Shown here: positions 1 to 12,300 of the stretch, one piece after another | Position numbering within the stretch: the stretch's first letter is position 1 | Layout of the letters: the number at the start of each line of letters is the position of its first letter | NCBI GenBank assembly: GCA_002189035.1 | Contig: NEEC01000474.1 | Coordinates: forward strand, 1 to 25,279 | Direction: 5' to 3' | Source of the DNA: Utricularia gibba | Lineage: Eukaryota; Plantae; Magnoliophyta | DNA: 25,279 nucleotides | Translations under genes and position numbers: made by a program | Notes under the pieces: model-generated | What the model saw: only the letters and a program-made list of their open reading frames with translations | What the model was told of the DNA's origin: nothing | Databases searched by the model: none

Positions 1-529
1 TATTTGATTCTTTTGCCGTGTATCTTTTTGCATCAATTTCGAGAACGAGAAGCACAATATTAAACGCAGCCACCAAGGAAGGACACGTAAGACACTTTTC
101 GTTGTGGTTTGTTTTTAATATGTCCACAGTTATCGGACAAACGAACTCCAAATTATATACTTGGAGCTCGAATCGGGCTTCCCAATGGTGTGCTATGAAG
201 AGTTAGGATCTGCATGTTTTGGAAGAGGTGCTTCGTGGACCAGGATGTGCGACATAGTCATTTCATTGCGCATCACCATTCGGGGTGCAGCCTAAAAATC
301 ACACGTGCACTGGATTCGTTAAAAGTAAACATTTTTGCGTACCTGGAGTATAATAGTGTTGGGATAAGTGATGCCACGAAATTCATGATGTAACATGTGA
401 CTTTTTTCCATCTTGATCGCATATCCGATGAAGTTTGACACAATATGTTTTGGCTGTTGATTGATGCAATTAGTTGCTATGATACTTCTGATTCTTGATG
501 CACCATTCCCTACACATGTCTCTAGTGGC
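1..529. repeat. First monomer (arbitrary phase), used as the reference unit
   Basis: 529 bp from TATTTGATTC to CTCTAGTGGC. Hand count gives about 100 C and 116 G (~41% GC) and about 20 CpG. Conserved landmarks include CACGTGCAC (302-310), TCATGA, ACATGT and TTTGAC. Confidence 0.97.
54..123 (+). other. Imperfect long inverted repeat present in every monomer (example from M1)
   Basis: ACAATATTAAACGCAGCCAC can pair with GTGGTTTGTTTTTAATATGT with bulges, one mismatch and G-T wobbles. The inner AAGGAAGG/CTTTTCGTT segment can extend the stem. This was paired by eye and not folded computationally. Confidence 0.4.
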
Positions 530-3319
530 TATTTGATTCTTTTGCCGTGTATCTTGTTTGCATCAATTTCGAGAACGAGAAGCACATTATTAAACGCAGC
601 CACCAAGGAAGGACACGTAAGACACTTTTCGTTGTGGTTTGTTTTTAATATGTCCAAAGTTATGGGACAAACGAACTCCAAATTATACTACTTGGAGCAC
701 GAATAGGGCTTCCCAATGGTGTGCTATGAAGAGTTAGGATCTGCATGTTTTGGAAGAGGTGCTTCGTGGACCAGGATGTGCGACCTAGTCATTTCATTGC
801 GCATCACCATTCGGGGTGCAGCCTAAAAATCACACGTGCACTGGATTCGTTAAAAGTAAACATTTTTGCGTACCTGGAGTATAATAGTGTTGGGATAAGT
901 GATGCCACGAAATTCATGATGTAACATGTGACTTTTTTCCATCTTGATCGCATATCCGATGAAGTTTGACACATATGTTTTGGCTGTTGATTGATGCAAT
1001 TAGTTGCTATGATACTTCTGATTCTTGATGCACCATTCCCATACACCATGTCTCTAGTGGCTATTTGATTCTTTTGCCGTGTATCTTGTTTTGCATCAAT
1101 TTCGAGAACGAGAAGCACATTATTAAACGCAGCCACCAAGGAAGGACACGTAAGACACTTTTCGTTGTGGTTTGTTTTTAATATGTCCACAGTTATGGAC
1201 AAACGAACTCCAAATTATACTACTTGGAGCTCGAATAGGGCTTCCCAATGGTGTGCTATGAAGAGTTAGGATCTGCATGTTTTGGAAGAGGTGCTTCGTG
1301 GACCAGGATGTGCGACATAGTCATTTCATTGCGCATCACCATTCGGGGTGCAGCCTAAAATCACACGTGCACTGGATTCGTTAAAAGTAAACATTTTTGC
1401 GTACCTGGAGTATATAATAGTGTTGGGATAAGTGATGCCACGAAATTCATGATGTAACATGTGACTTTTTTCCATCTTGATCGCATATCCGATGAAGTTT
1501 GACACCATATGTTTTGGCTGTTGATTGATGCAATTAGTTGCTATGATACTTCTGATTCTTGATGCACCATTCCATACACCATGTCTCTAGTGGCTATTTG
1601 ATTCTTTTGCCGTGTATCTTGTTTGCATCAATTTCGAGAACGAGAAGCACATTATTAAACGCAGCCACCAAGGAAGGACACGTAAGACACTTTTCGTTGT
1701 GGTTTGTTTTTAATATGTCCACAGTTATCGGACAAACGAAACTCCAAATTATACTACTTGGAGCTCGAATCGGGCTTCCCAATGGTGTGCTATGAAGAGT
1801 TAGGATCTGCATGTTTTGGAAGAGGTGCTTCGTGGACCAGGATGTGCGACATAGTCATTTCATTGCGCATCACCATTCGGGGTGCAGCCTAAAAATCACA
1901 CGTGCACTGGATTCGTTAAAAGTAAACATTTTTGCGTACCTGGAGTATAATAGTGTTGGGATAAGTGATGCCACGAAATTCATGATGTAACATGTGACTT
2001 TTTCCATCTTGATCGCATATCCGATGAAGTTTGACCAATATGTTTTGGCTGTTGATTGATGCAATTAGTTGCTATGATACTTCTGATTCTTGATGCACCA
2101 TTCCCTTACACATGTCTCTAGTGGCTATTTGATTCTTTTGCCGTGTATCTTTGCATCAATTTCGAGAACGAGAAGCACATTATTAAACGCAGCCCAAGGA
2201 AGGACACGTAAGACACTTTTCGTTGTGGTTTGTTTTTAATATGTCCACAGTTATGGGACAAACGAACTCCAAATTATACTACTTGGAGCTCGAATCGGGC
2301 TTCCCAATGGTGTGCTATGAAGAGTTAGGATCTGCATGTTTTGGAAGAGGTGCTTCGTGGACCAGGATGTGCGACCTAGTCATTTCATTGCGCATCACCA
2401 TTCGGGGTGCAGCCTAAAAATCACACGTGCACTGGATTCGTTAAAAGTAAACATTTTTGCGTACCTGGTGTATAATAGTGTTGGGATAAGTGATGCACGA
2501 AATTCATGATGTAACATGTGACTTTTTTCCATCTTGATCGCATATCCGATGAAGTTTGACACCATATGTTTTGGCTGTTGATTGATGCAATTAGTTGCTA
2601 TGATACTTCTGATTCTTGATGCACCATTCCCTTACACATGTCTCTAGTGGCTATTTGATTCTTTTGCCGTGTATCCATTTGCATCAATTTCGAGAACGAG
2701 AAGCACATTATTAAACGCAGCCACCAAGGAAGGACACGTAAGACACTTTTCGTTGTGGTTTGTTTTTAATATGTCCAAAGTTATGGGACAAACGTAACTC
2801 CAAATTATACTACTTGGAGCACGAATAGGGCTTCCAATGGTGTGCTATGAAGAGTTAGCATCTGCATGTTTTGGAAGAGGTGCTTCGTGGACCAGGATGT
2901 GCGACCTAGTCATTTCATTGCGCATCACCATTCGGGTGCAGCCTAAAAATCACACGTGCACTGGATTCGTTAAAAGTAAATTTTTGCGTACCTGAGTATA
3001 AATAGTGTTGGGATAAGTGATGCCACGAAATTCATGATGTAACATGTGACTTTTTTCCATCTTGATCGCATATCCGATGAAGTTTGACACCATATGTTTT
3101 GGCTGTTGATTGATGCAATTAGTTGCTATGATACTTCTGATTCTTGATGCACCATTCCCATACACCATGTCTCTAGTGGCTATTTGATTCTTTTGCCGTG
3201 TATCTTTGCATCAATTTCGAGAACGAGAAGCACAATATTAAACGCAGCCACCAAGGAAGGACACGTAAGACACTTTTCGTTGTGGTTTGTTTTTAATATG
3301 TCCACAGTTATCGGACAAA

Positions 3320-3350
3320 CGAAACTCCAAATTATACTACTTGGAGCTCG
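3320..3350 (+). other. Small inverted repeat / stem-loop present in every monomer (example from M7)
   Basis: CGA-AA-CTCCAA [ATTATACTAC] TTGGAG-C-TCG has a perfect 6-bp inner stem (CTCCAA/TTGGAG) and a 3-bp outer stem. Function is unknown. Confidence 0.6.
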
Positions 3351-6300
3351 AATCGGGCTTCCCAATGGTGTGCTATGAAGAGTTAGGATCTGCATGTTTT
3401 GGAAGAGGTGCTTCGTGACCAGGATGTGCGACATAGTCATTTCATTGCGCATCACCATTCGGGGTGCAGCCTAAAAATCACACGTGCACTGGATTCGTTA
3501 AAAGTAAACATTTTTGCGTACCTGGTGTATAATAGTGTTGGGATAAGTGATGCCACGAAATTCATGATGTAACATGTGACTTTTTTCCATCTTGATCGCA
3601 TATCCGATGAAGTTTGACACATATGTTTTGGCTGTTGATTGATGCAATTAGTTGCTATGATACTTCTGATTCTTGATGCACCATTCCCTTACACCATGTC
3701 TCTAGTGGCTATTGATTCTTTTGCCGTGTATCTTTGCATCAATTTCGAGAACGAGAAGCACATTATTAAACGCAGCCACCAAGGAAGGACACGTAAGACA
3801 CTTTTCGTTGTGGTTTGTTTTTAATATGTCCACAGTTATCGGACAAACGAAACTCCAAATTATACTACTTGGAGCTCGAATAGGGCTTCCCAATGGTGTG
3901 CTATGAAGAGTTAGGATCTGCATGTTTTGGAAGAGGTGCTTCGTGGACCAGGATGTGCGACCTAGTCATTTCATTGCGCATCACCATTCGGGGTGCAGCC
4001 TAAAAATCACACGTGCACTGGATTCGTTAAAAATAAACATTTTGCATACCTGAGTATAATAGTGTTGGGATAAGTGATGCCACGAAATTCATGATGTAAC
4101 ATGTGACTTTTTTCCATCTTGATCGCATATCCGATGAAGTTTGACACATATGTTTTGGCTGTTGATTGATGCAATTAGTTGCTATGATACTTCTGATTCT
4201 TGATGCACCATTCCCTTACACATGTCTCTAGTGGCTATTTGATTCTTTTGCCGTGTATCTTTGCATCAATTTCGAGAACGAGAAGCACATTATTAAACGC
4301 AGCCACCAAGGAAGGACACGTAAGACACTTTTCGTTGTGGTTTGTTTTTAATATGTCCACAGTTATGGACAAACGAAACTCCAAATTATACTACTTGGAG
4401 CTCGAATCGGGCTTCCCAATGGTGTGCTATGAAGAGTTAGGATCTGCATGTTTTGGAAGAGGTGCTTCGTGGACCAGGATGTGCGACATAGTCATTTCAT
4501 TGCGCATCACATTCGGGTGCAGCCTAAAAATCACACGTGCACTGGATTCGTTAAAAGTAAACATTTTTGCGTACCTGGAGTATAATAGTGTTGGGATAAG
4601 TGATGCCACGAAATTCATGATGTAACATGTGACTTTTTTTTCCATCTTGATCGCATATCCGATGAAGTTTGACACCATATGTTTTGGCTGTTGATTGATT
4701 CAATAGTTGCCATGATACTTCTGATTCTTGATGCACCATTCCCATACACATGTCTCTAGTGGCTATTTGATTCTTTTGCCGTGTATCTTTGCATCAATTT
4801 CGAGAACGAGAAGCACAATATTAAACGCAGCCACCAAGGAAGGACACGTAAGACACTTTTCGTTGTGGTTTGTTTTTTAATATGTCCACAGTTATCGGAC
4901 AAACGAAACTCCAAATTATACTACTTGGAGCTCGAATCGGGCTTCCCAATGGTGTGCTATGAAGAGTTAGGATCTGCATGTTTTGGAAGAGGTGCTTCGT
5001 GGACCAGGATGTGCGACCTAGTCATTTCATTGCGCATCACCATTCGGGGTGCAGCCTAAAAATCACACGTGCACTGGATTCGTTAAAAGTAAACATTTTT
5101 GCGTACCTGGTGTATAATAGTGTTGGGATAAGTGATGCCACGAAATTCATGATGTAACATGTGACTTTTTTCCATCTTGATCGCATATCCGATGAAGTTT
5201 GACCATAGTTTTGGCTGTTGATTGATGCAATTAGTTGCTATGATACTTCTGATTCTTGATGCACCATTCCCTTACACATGTCTCTAGTGGTTATTGATTC
5301 TTTTGCCGTGTATCCCATTTTGCATCAATTTCGAGAACGAGAAGCACATTATTAAACGCAGCCACCAAGGAAGGACACGTAAGACACTTTTCGTTGTGGT
5401 TTGTTTTTAATATGTCCACAGTTATGGGACAAACGAACTCCAAATTATACTACTTGGAGCACGAATAGGGCTTCCCAATGGTGTGCTATGAAGAGTTAGG
5501 ATCTGCATGTTTTGGAAGAGGTGCTTCGTGGACCAGGATGTGCGACCTAGTCATTTCATTGCGCATCACCATTCGGGGTGCAGCCTAAAAATCACACGTG
5601 CACTGGATTCGTTAAAAGTAAACATTTTTGCGTACCTGAGTATAATAGTGTTGGGATAAGTGATGCCACGAAATTCATGATGTAACATGTGACTTTTTTC
5701 CATCTTGATCGCATATCCGATGAAGTTTGACATATGTTTTGGCTGTTGATTGATGCAATTAGTTGCTATGATACTTCTGATTCTTGATGCACCATTCCCT
5801 TACAACATGTCTCTAGTGGCTATTGATTCTTTTGCCGTGTATCTTTGCATCAATTTCGAGAACGAGAAGCACATTATTAAACGCAGCCACCAAGGAAGGA
5901 CACGTAAGACACTTTTCGTTGTGGTTTGTTTTTAATATGTCCACAGTTATGGACAAACGAAACTCCAAATTATACTACTTGGAGCTCGAATCGGGCTTCC
6001 CAATGGTGTGCTATGAAGAGTTAGGATCTGCATGTTTTGGAAGAGGTGCTTCGTGGACCAGGATGTGCGACATAGTCATTTCATTGCGCATCACCATTCG
6101 GGGTGCAGCCTAAAAATCACACGTGCACTGGATTCGTTAAAAGTAAACATTTTTGCGTACCTGGTGTATAATAGTGTTGGGATAAGTGATGCCACGAAAT
6201 TCATGATGTAACATGTGACTTTTTTTTCCATCTTGATCGCATATCCGATGAAGTTTGACACCATATGTTTTGGCTGTTGATTGATTCAATTAGTTGCTAT

Positions 6301-9300
6301 GATACTTCTGATTCTTGATGCACCATTCCATACACCATGTCTCTAGTGGCTATTTGATTCTTTTGCCGTGTATCCATTTGCATCAATTTCGAGAACGAGA
6401 AGCACAATATTAAACGCAGCCACCAAGGAAGGACACGTAAGACACTTTTCGTTGTGGTTTGTTTTTAATATGTCCACAGTTATCGGACAAACGAAACTCC
6501 AAATTATACTACTTGGAGCTCGAATCGGGCTTCCCAATGGTGTGCTATGAAGAGTTAGGATCTGCATGTTTTGGAAGAGGTGCTTCGTGGACCAGGATGT
6601 GCGACCTAGTCATTTCATTGCGCATCACCATTCGGGGTGCAGCCTAAAAATCACACGTGCACTGGATTCGTTAAAAGTAAACATTTTTGCGTACCTGGTG
6701 TATAATAGTGTTGGGATAAGTGATGCCACGAAATTCATGATGTAACATGTGACTTTTTTCCATCTTGATCGCATATCCGATGAAGTTTGACACCATATGT
6801 TTTGGCTGTTGATTGATGCAATTAGTTGCTATGATACTTCTGATTCTTGATGCACCATTCCCTTACACATGTCTCTAGTGGCTATTTGATTCTTTTGCCG
6901 TGTATCTTTGCATCAATTTCGAGAACGAGAAGCACAATATTAAACGCAGCCACCAAGGAAGGACACGTAAGACACTTTTCGTTGTGGTTTGTTTTTAATA
7001 TGTCCACAGTTATGGGACAAACGAACTCCAAATTATACTACTTGGAGCTCGAATCGGGCTTCCCAATGGTGTGCTATGAAGAGTTAGGATCTGCATGTTT
7101 TGGAAGAGGTGCTTCGTGGACCAGGATGTGCGACCTAGTCATTTCATTGCGCATCACCATTCGGGGTGCAGCCTAAAAATCACACGTGCACTGGATTCGT
7201 TAAAAGTAAATTTTTGCATACCTGGTATAATAGTGTTGGGATAAGTGATGCCACGAAATTCATGATGTAACATGTGACTTTTTTCCATCTTGATCGCATA
7301 TCCGATGAAGTTTGACACCATATGTTTTGGCTGTTGATTGATTCAATTAGTTGCTATGATACTTCTGATTCTTGATGCACCATTCCCTTACAACATGTCT
7401 CTAGTGGCTATTGATTCTTTTGCCGTGTATCCCATTTGCATCAATTTCGAGAACGAGAAGCACATTATTAAACGCAGCCACCAAGGAAGGACACGTAAGA
7501 CACTTTTCGTTGTGGTTTGTTTTTAATATGTCCACAGTTATCGGACAAACGAAACTCCAAATTATACTACTTGGAGCTCGAATCGGGCTTCCCAATGGTG
7601 TGCTATGAAGAGTTAGGATCTGCATGTTTTGGAAGAGGTGCTTCGTGGACCAGGATGTGCGACCTAGTCATTTCATTGCGCATCACCATTCGGGGTGCAG
7701 CCTAAAAATCACACGTGCACTGGATTCGTTAAAAGTAAACATTTTTGCGTACCTGGTGTATAATAGTGTTGGGATAAGTGATGCCACGAAATTCATGATG
7801 TAACATGTGACTTTTTTCCATCTTGATCGCATATCCGATGAAGTTTGACACCATATGTTTTGGCTGTTGATTGATGCAATTAGTTGCTATGATACTTCTG
7901 ATTCTTGATGCACCATTCCCTTACACCATGTCTCTAGTGGCTATTTGATTCTTTTGCCGTGTATCCCATTTGCATCAATTTCGAGAACGAGAAGCACAAT
8001 ATTAAACGCAGCCACCAAGGAAGGACACGTAAGACACTTTTCGTTGTGGTTTGTTTTTAATATGTCCACAGTTATGGGACAAACGAACTCCAAATTATAC
8101 TACTTGGAGCTCGAATCGGGCTTCCCAATGGTGTGCTATGAAGAGTTAGGATCTGCATGTTTTGGAAGAGGTGCTTCGTGGACCAGGATGTGCGACCTAG
8201 TCATTTCATTGCGCATCACCATTTCGGGGTGCAGCCTAAAAATCACACGTGCACTGGATTCGTTAAAAGTAAATTTTTGCATACCTGAGTATAATAGTGT
8301 TGGGATAAGTGATGCCACGAAATTCATGATGTAACATGTGACTTTTTTCCATCTTGATCGCATATCCGATGAAGTTTGACACCATATGTTTTGGCTGTTG
8401 ATTGATTCAATTAGTTGCCATGATACTTCTGATTCTTGATGCACCATTCCCATACACCATGTCTCTAGTGGCTATTTGATTCTTTTGCCGTGTATCCCAT
8501 TTGCATCAATTTCGAGAACGAGAAGCACATATTAAACGCAGCCACCAAGGAAGGACACGTAAGACACTTTTCGTTGTGGTTTGTTTTTAATATGTCCACA
8601 GTTATCGGACAAACGAAACTCCAAATTATACTACTTGGAGCTCGAATCGGGCTTCCCAATGGTGTGCTATGAAGAGTTAGGATCTGCATGTTTTGGAAGA
8701 GGTGCTTCGTGGACCAGGATGTGCGACATAGTCATTTCATTGCGCATCACCATTCGGGGTGCAGCCTAAAAATCACACGTGCACTGGATTCGTTAAAAGT
8801 AAACATTTTTGCGTACCTGAGTATAATAGTGTTGGGATAAGTGATGCCACGAAATTCATGATGTAACATGTGACTTTTTTCCATCTTGATCGCATATCCG
8901 ATGAAGTTTGACACATATGTTTTGGCTGTTGATTGATGCAATTAGTTGCTATGATACTTCTGATTCTTGATGCACCATTCCCTTACACCATGTCTCTAGT
9001 GGCTATTTGATTCTTTTGCCGTGTATCTTTTGCATCAATTTCGAGAACGAGAAGCACAATATTAAACGCAGCCACCAAGGAAGGACACGTAAGACACTTT
9101 TCGTTGTGGTTTGTTTTTAATATGTCCACAGTTATCGGACAAACGAAACTCCAAATTATACTACTTGGAGCTCGAATCGGGCTTCCCAATGGTGTGCTAT
9201 GAAGAGTTAGGATCTGCATGTTTTGGAAGAGGTGCTTCGTGGACCAGGATGTGCGACATAGTCATTTCATTGCGCATCACCATTCGGGGTGCAGCCTAAA

Positions 9301-12300
9301 AATCACACGTGCACTGGATTCGTTAAAAGTAAACATTTTTGCGTACCTGGTGTATAATAGTGTTGGGATAAGTGATGCCACGAAATTCATGATGTAACAT
9401 GTGACTTTTTTCCATCTTGATCGCATATCCGATGAAGTTTGACGCCATATGTTTTGGCTGTTGATTGATGCAATTAGTTGCTATGATACTTCTGATTCTT
9501 GATGCACCATTCCCTTACACATGTCTCTAGTGGTTATTTGATTCTTTTGCCGTGTATCCCATTTGCATCAATTTCGAGAACGAGAAGCACATTATTAAAC
9601 GCAGCCACCAAGGAAGGACACGTAAGACACTTTTCGTTGTGGTTTGTTTTTAATATGTCCACAGTTATGGGACAAACGAACTCCAAATTATACTACTTGG
9701 AGCACGAATAGGGCTTCCCAATGGTGTGCTATGAAGAGTTAGCATCTGCATGTTTTGGAAGAGGTGCTTCGTGGACCAGGATGTGCGACCTAGTCATTTC
9801 ATTGCGCATCACCATTCGGGGTGCAGCCTAAAAATCACACGTGCACTGGATTCGTTAAAAATAAATATTTTGCGTACCTGAGTATAAACAGTGTTGGGAT
9901 AAGTGATGCCACGAAATTCATGATGTAACATGTGACTTTTTTCCATCTTGATCGCATATCCGATGAAGTTTGACACCATATGTTTTGGCTGTTGATTGAT
10001 TCAATTAGTTGCTATGATACTTCTGATTCTTGATGCACCATTCCCTACACCATGTCTCTAGTGGCTATTTGATTCTTTTGCCGTGTATCTTTGCATCAAT
10101 TTCGAGAACGAGAAGCACAATATTAAACGCAGCCACCAAGGAAGGACACGTAAGACACTTTTCGTTGTGGTTTGTTTTTAATATGTCCACAGTTATCGGA
10201 CAAACGAAACTCCAAATTATACTACTTGGAGCTCGAATCGGGCTTCCCAATGGTGTGCTATGAAGAGTTAGGATCTGCATGTTTTGGAAGAGGTGCTTCG
10301 TGACCAGGATGTGCGACATAGTCATTTCATTGCGCATCACCATTCGGGGTGCAGCCTAAAAATCACACGTGCACTGGATTCGTTAAAAGTAAACATTTTT
10401 GCGTACCTGGTGTATAATAGTGTTGGGATAAGTGATGCCACGAAATTCATGATGTAACATGTGACTTTTTTCCATCTTGATCGCATATCCGATGAAGTTT
10501 GACTATTTTGGCTGTTGATTGATGCAATTAGTTGCTATGATACTTCTGATTCTTGATGCACCATTCCCTTACACCATGTCTCTAGTGGTTATTGATTCTT
10601 TTGCCGTGTATCCCATTTGCATCAATTTCGAGAACGAGAAGCACATTATTAAACGCAGCCACCAAGGAAGGACACGTAAGACACTTTTCGTTGTGGTTTG
10701 TTTTTAATATGTCCACAGTTATGGACAAACGAAACTCCAAATTATACTACTTGGAGCTCGAATCGGGCTTCCCAATGGTGTGCTATGAAGAGTTAGGATC
10801 TGCATGTTTTGGAAGAGGTGCTTCGTGGACCAGGATGTGCGACATAGTCATTTCATTGCGCATCACCATTCGGGGTGCAGCCTAAAAATCACACGTGCAC
10901 TGGATTCGTTAAAAATAAATTTTTGCATACCTGAGTATAAACAGTGTTGGGATAAGTGATGCCACGAAATTCATGATGTAACATGTGACTTTTTTCCATC
11001 TTGATCGCATATCCGATGAAGTTTGACACCATATGTTTTGGCTGTTGATTGATTCAATTAGTTGCCATGATACTTCTGATTCTTGATGCACCATTCCCTA
11101 CACCATGTCTCTAGTGGCTATTTGATTCTTTTCCGTGTATCTTTGCATCAATTTCGAGAACGAGAAGCACAATATTAAACGCAGCCACCAAGGAAGGACA
11201 CGTAAGACACTTTTCGTTGTGGTTTGTTTTTAATATGTCCACAGTTATCGGACAAACGAAACTCCAAATTATACTACTTGGAGCTCGAATCGGGCTTCCC
11301 AATGGTGTGCTATGAAGAGTTAGGATCTGCATGTTTTGGAAGAGGTGCTTCGTGACCAGGATGTGCGACATAGTCATTTCATTGCGCATCACCATTCGGG
11401 GTGCAGCCTAAAAATCACACGTGCACTGGATTCGTTAAAAGTAAACATTTTTGCGTACCTGGTGTATAATAGTGTTGGGATAAGTGATGCCACGAAATTC
11501 ATGATGTAACATGTGACTTTTTTCCATCTTGATCGCATATCCGATGAAGTTTGACACCATATGTTTTGGCTGTTGATTGATGCAATTAGTTGCTATGATA
11601 CTTCTGATTCTTGATGCACCATTCCCTTACACATGTCTCTAGTGGCTATTGATTCTTTTGCCGTGTATCTTTGCATCAATTTCGAGAACGAGAAGCACAA
11701 TATTAAACGCAGCCACCAAGGAAGGACGCGTAAGACACTTTTCGTTGTGGTTTGTTTTTAATATGTCCACAGTTATGGGACAAACGAACTCCAAATTATA
11801 CTACTTGGAGCACGAATAGGGCTTCCCAATGGTGTGCTATGAAGAGTTAGCATCTGCATGTTTTGGAAGAGGTGCTTCGTGGACCAGGATGTGCGACCTA
11901 GTCATTTCATTGCGCATCACCATTCGGGGTGCAGCCTAAAAATCACACGTGCACTGGATTCGTTAAAAGTAAACATTTTTGCGTACCTGGTGTATAATAG
12001 TGTTGGGATAAGTGATGCCACGAAATTCATGATGTAACATGTGACTTTTTTCCATCTTGATCGCATATCCGATGAAGTTTGACACCATATGTTTTGGCTG
12101 TTGATTGATGCAATTAGTTGCTATGATACTTCTGATTCTTGATGCACCATTCCCTACACATGTCTCTAGTGGCTATTGATTCTTTTGCCGTGTATCCCAT
12201 TTGCATCAATTTCGAGAACGAGAAGCACATTATTAAACGCAGCCACCAAGGAAGGACACGTAAGACACTTTTCGTTGTGGTTTGTTTTTAATATGTCCAC

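Noticed and set aside
96-112. CENP-B box-like TTTCGTTG
   Set aside because: It lacks the essential downstream A and CGGG of TTCGNNNNANNCGGG, and no complete box was found on either strand.
165-176. Pol III B-box-like GCTCGAATC suggesting a tRNA or SINE
   Set aside because: There is no convincing A box, no cloverleaf and no T-arm stem. The motif is destroyed in X monomers (GCACGAATA).
302-310. CACGTG G-box/E-box overlapping GTGCAC
   Set aside because: A single hexamer per monomer with no gene context cannot be supported as a regulatory site. It is useful only as a restriction landmark.
326-354. Sigma70-like promoter TAAACA-N17-TATAAT, plus a TTGACA at 435-440
   Set aside because: There is no downstream gene and the context looks eukaryotic. 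The perfect TTGACA lies downstream of TATAAT with no -10 of its own. Such hexamers are common by chance in AT-rich DNA.
1-529. Toxoplasma gondii 529-bp repeat (same length)
   Set aside because: From memory, that element has long T-runs followed by a strongly GA-rich tract, neither of which is seen here. The match is in length only.
463-567. 5S rDNA tandem unit (similar unit size; fragments TGCTATGATAC, ATGCACC..TCCCAT and CGTGT..TTGCATC faintly recall plant 5S rRNA)
   Set aside because: The matches are short and wrongly spaced (about 100 nt rather than 120). The internal control region (box A AGTTAAGC, box C AGGATGGGTG) is absent. An Infernal search with the Rfam 5S model would settle it.
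460-567. 10-bp perfect inverted repeat ATTGATGCAA/TTGCATCAAT as MITE terminal repeats
   Set aside because: A 10-bp inverted match is not unlikely by chance in 530 bp. There is no target-site duplication or known TIR signature, and it is broken in X-type tails (ATTGATTCAA).
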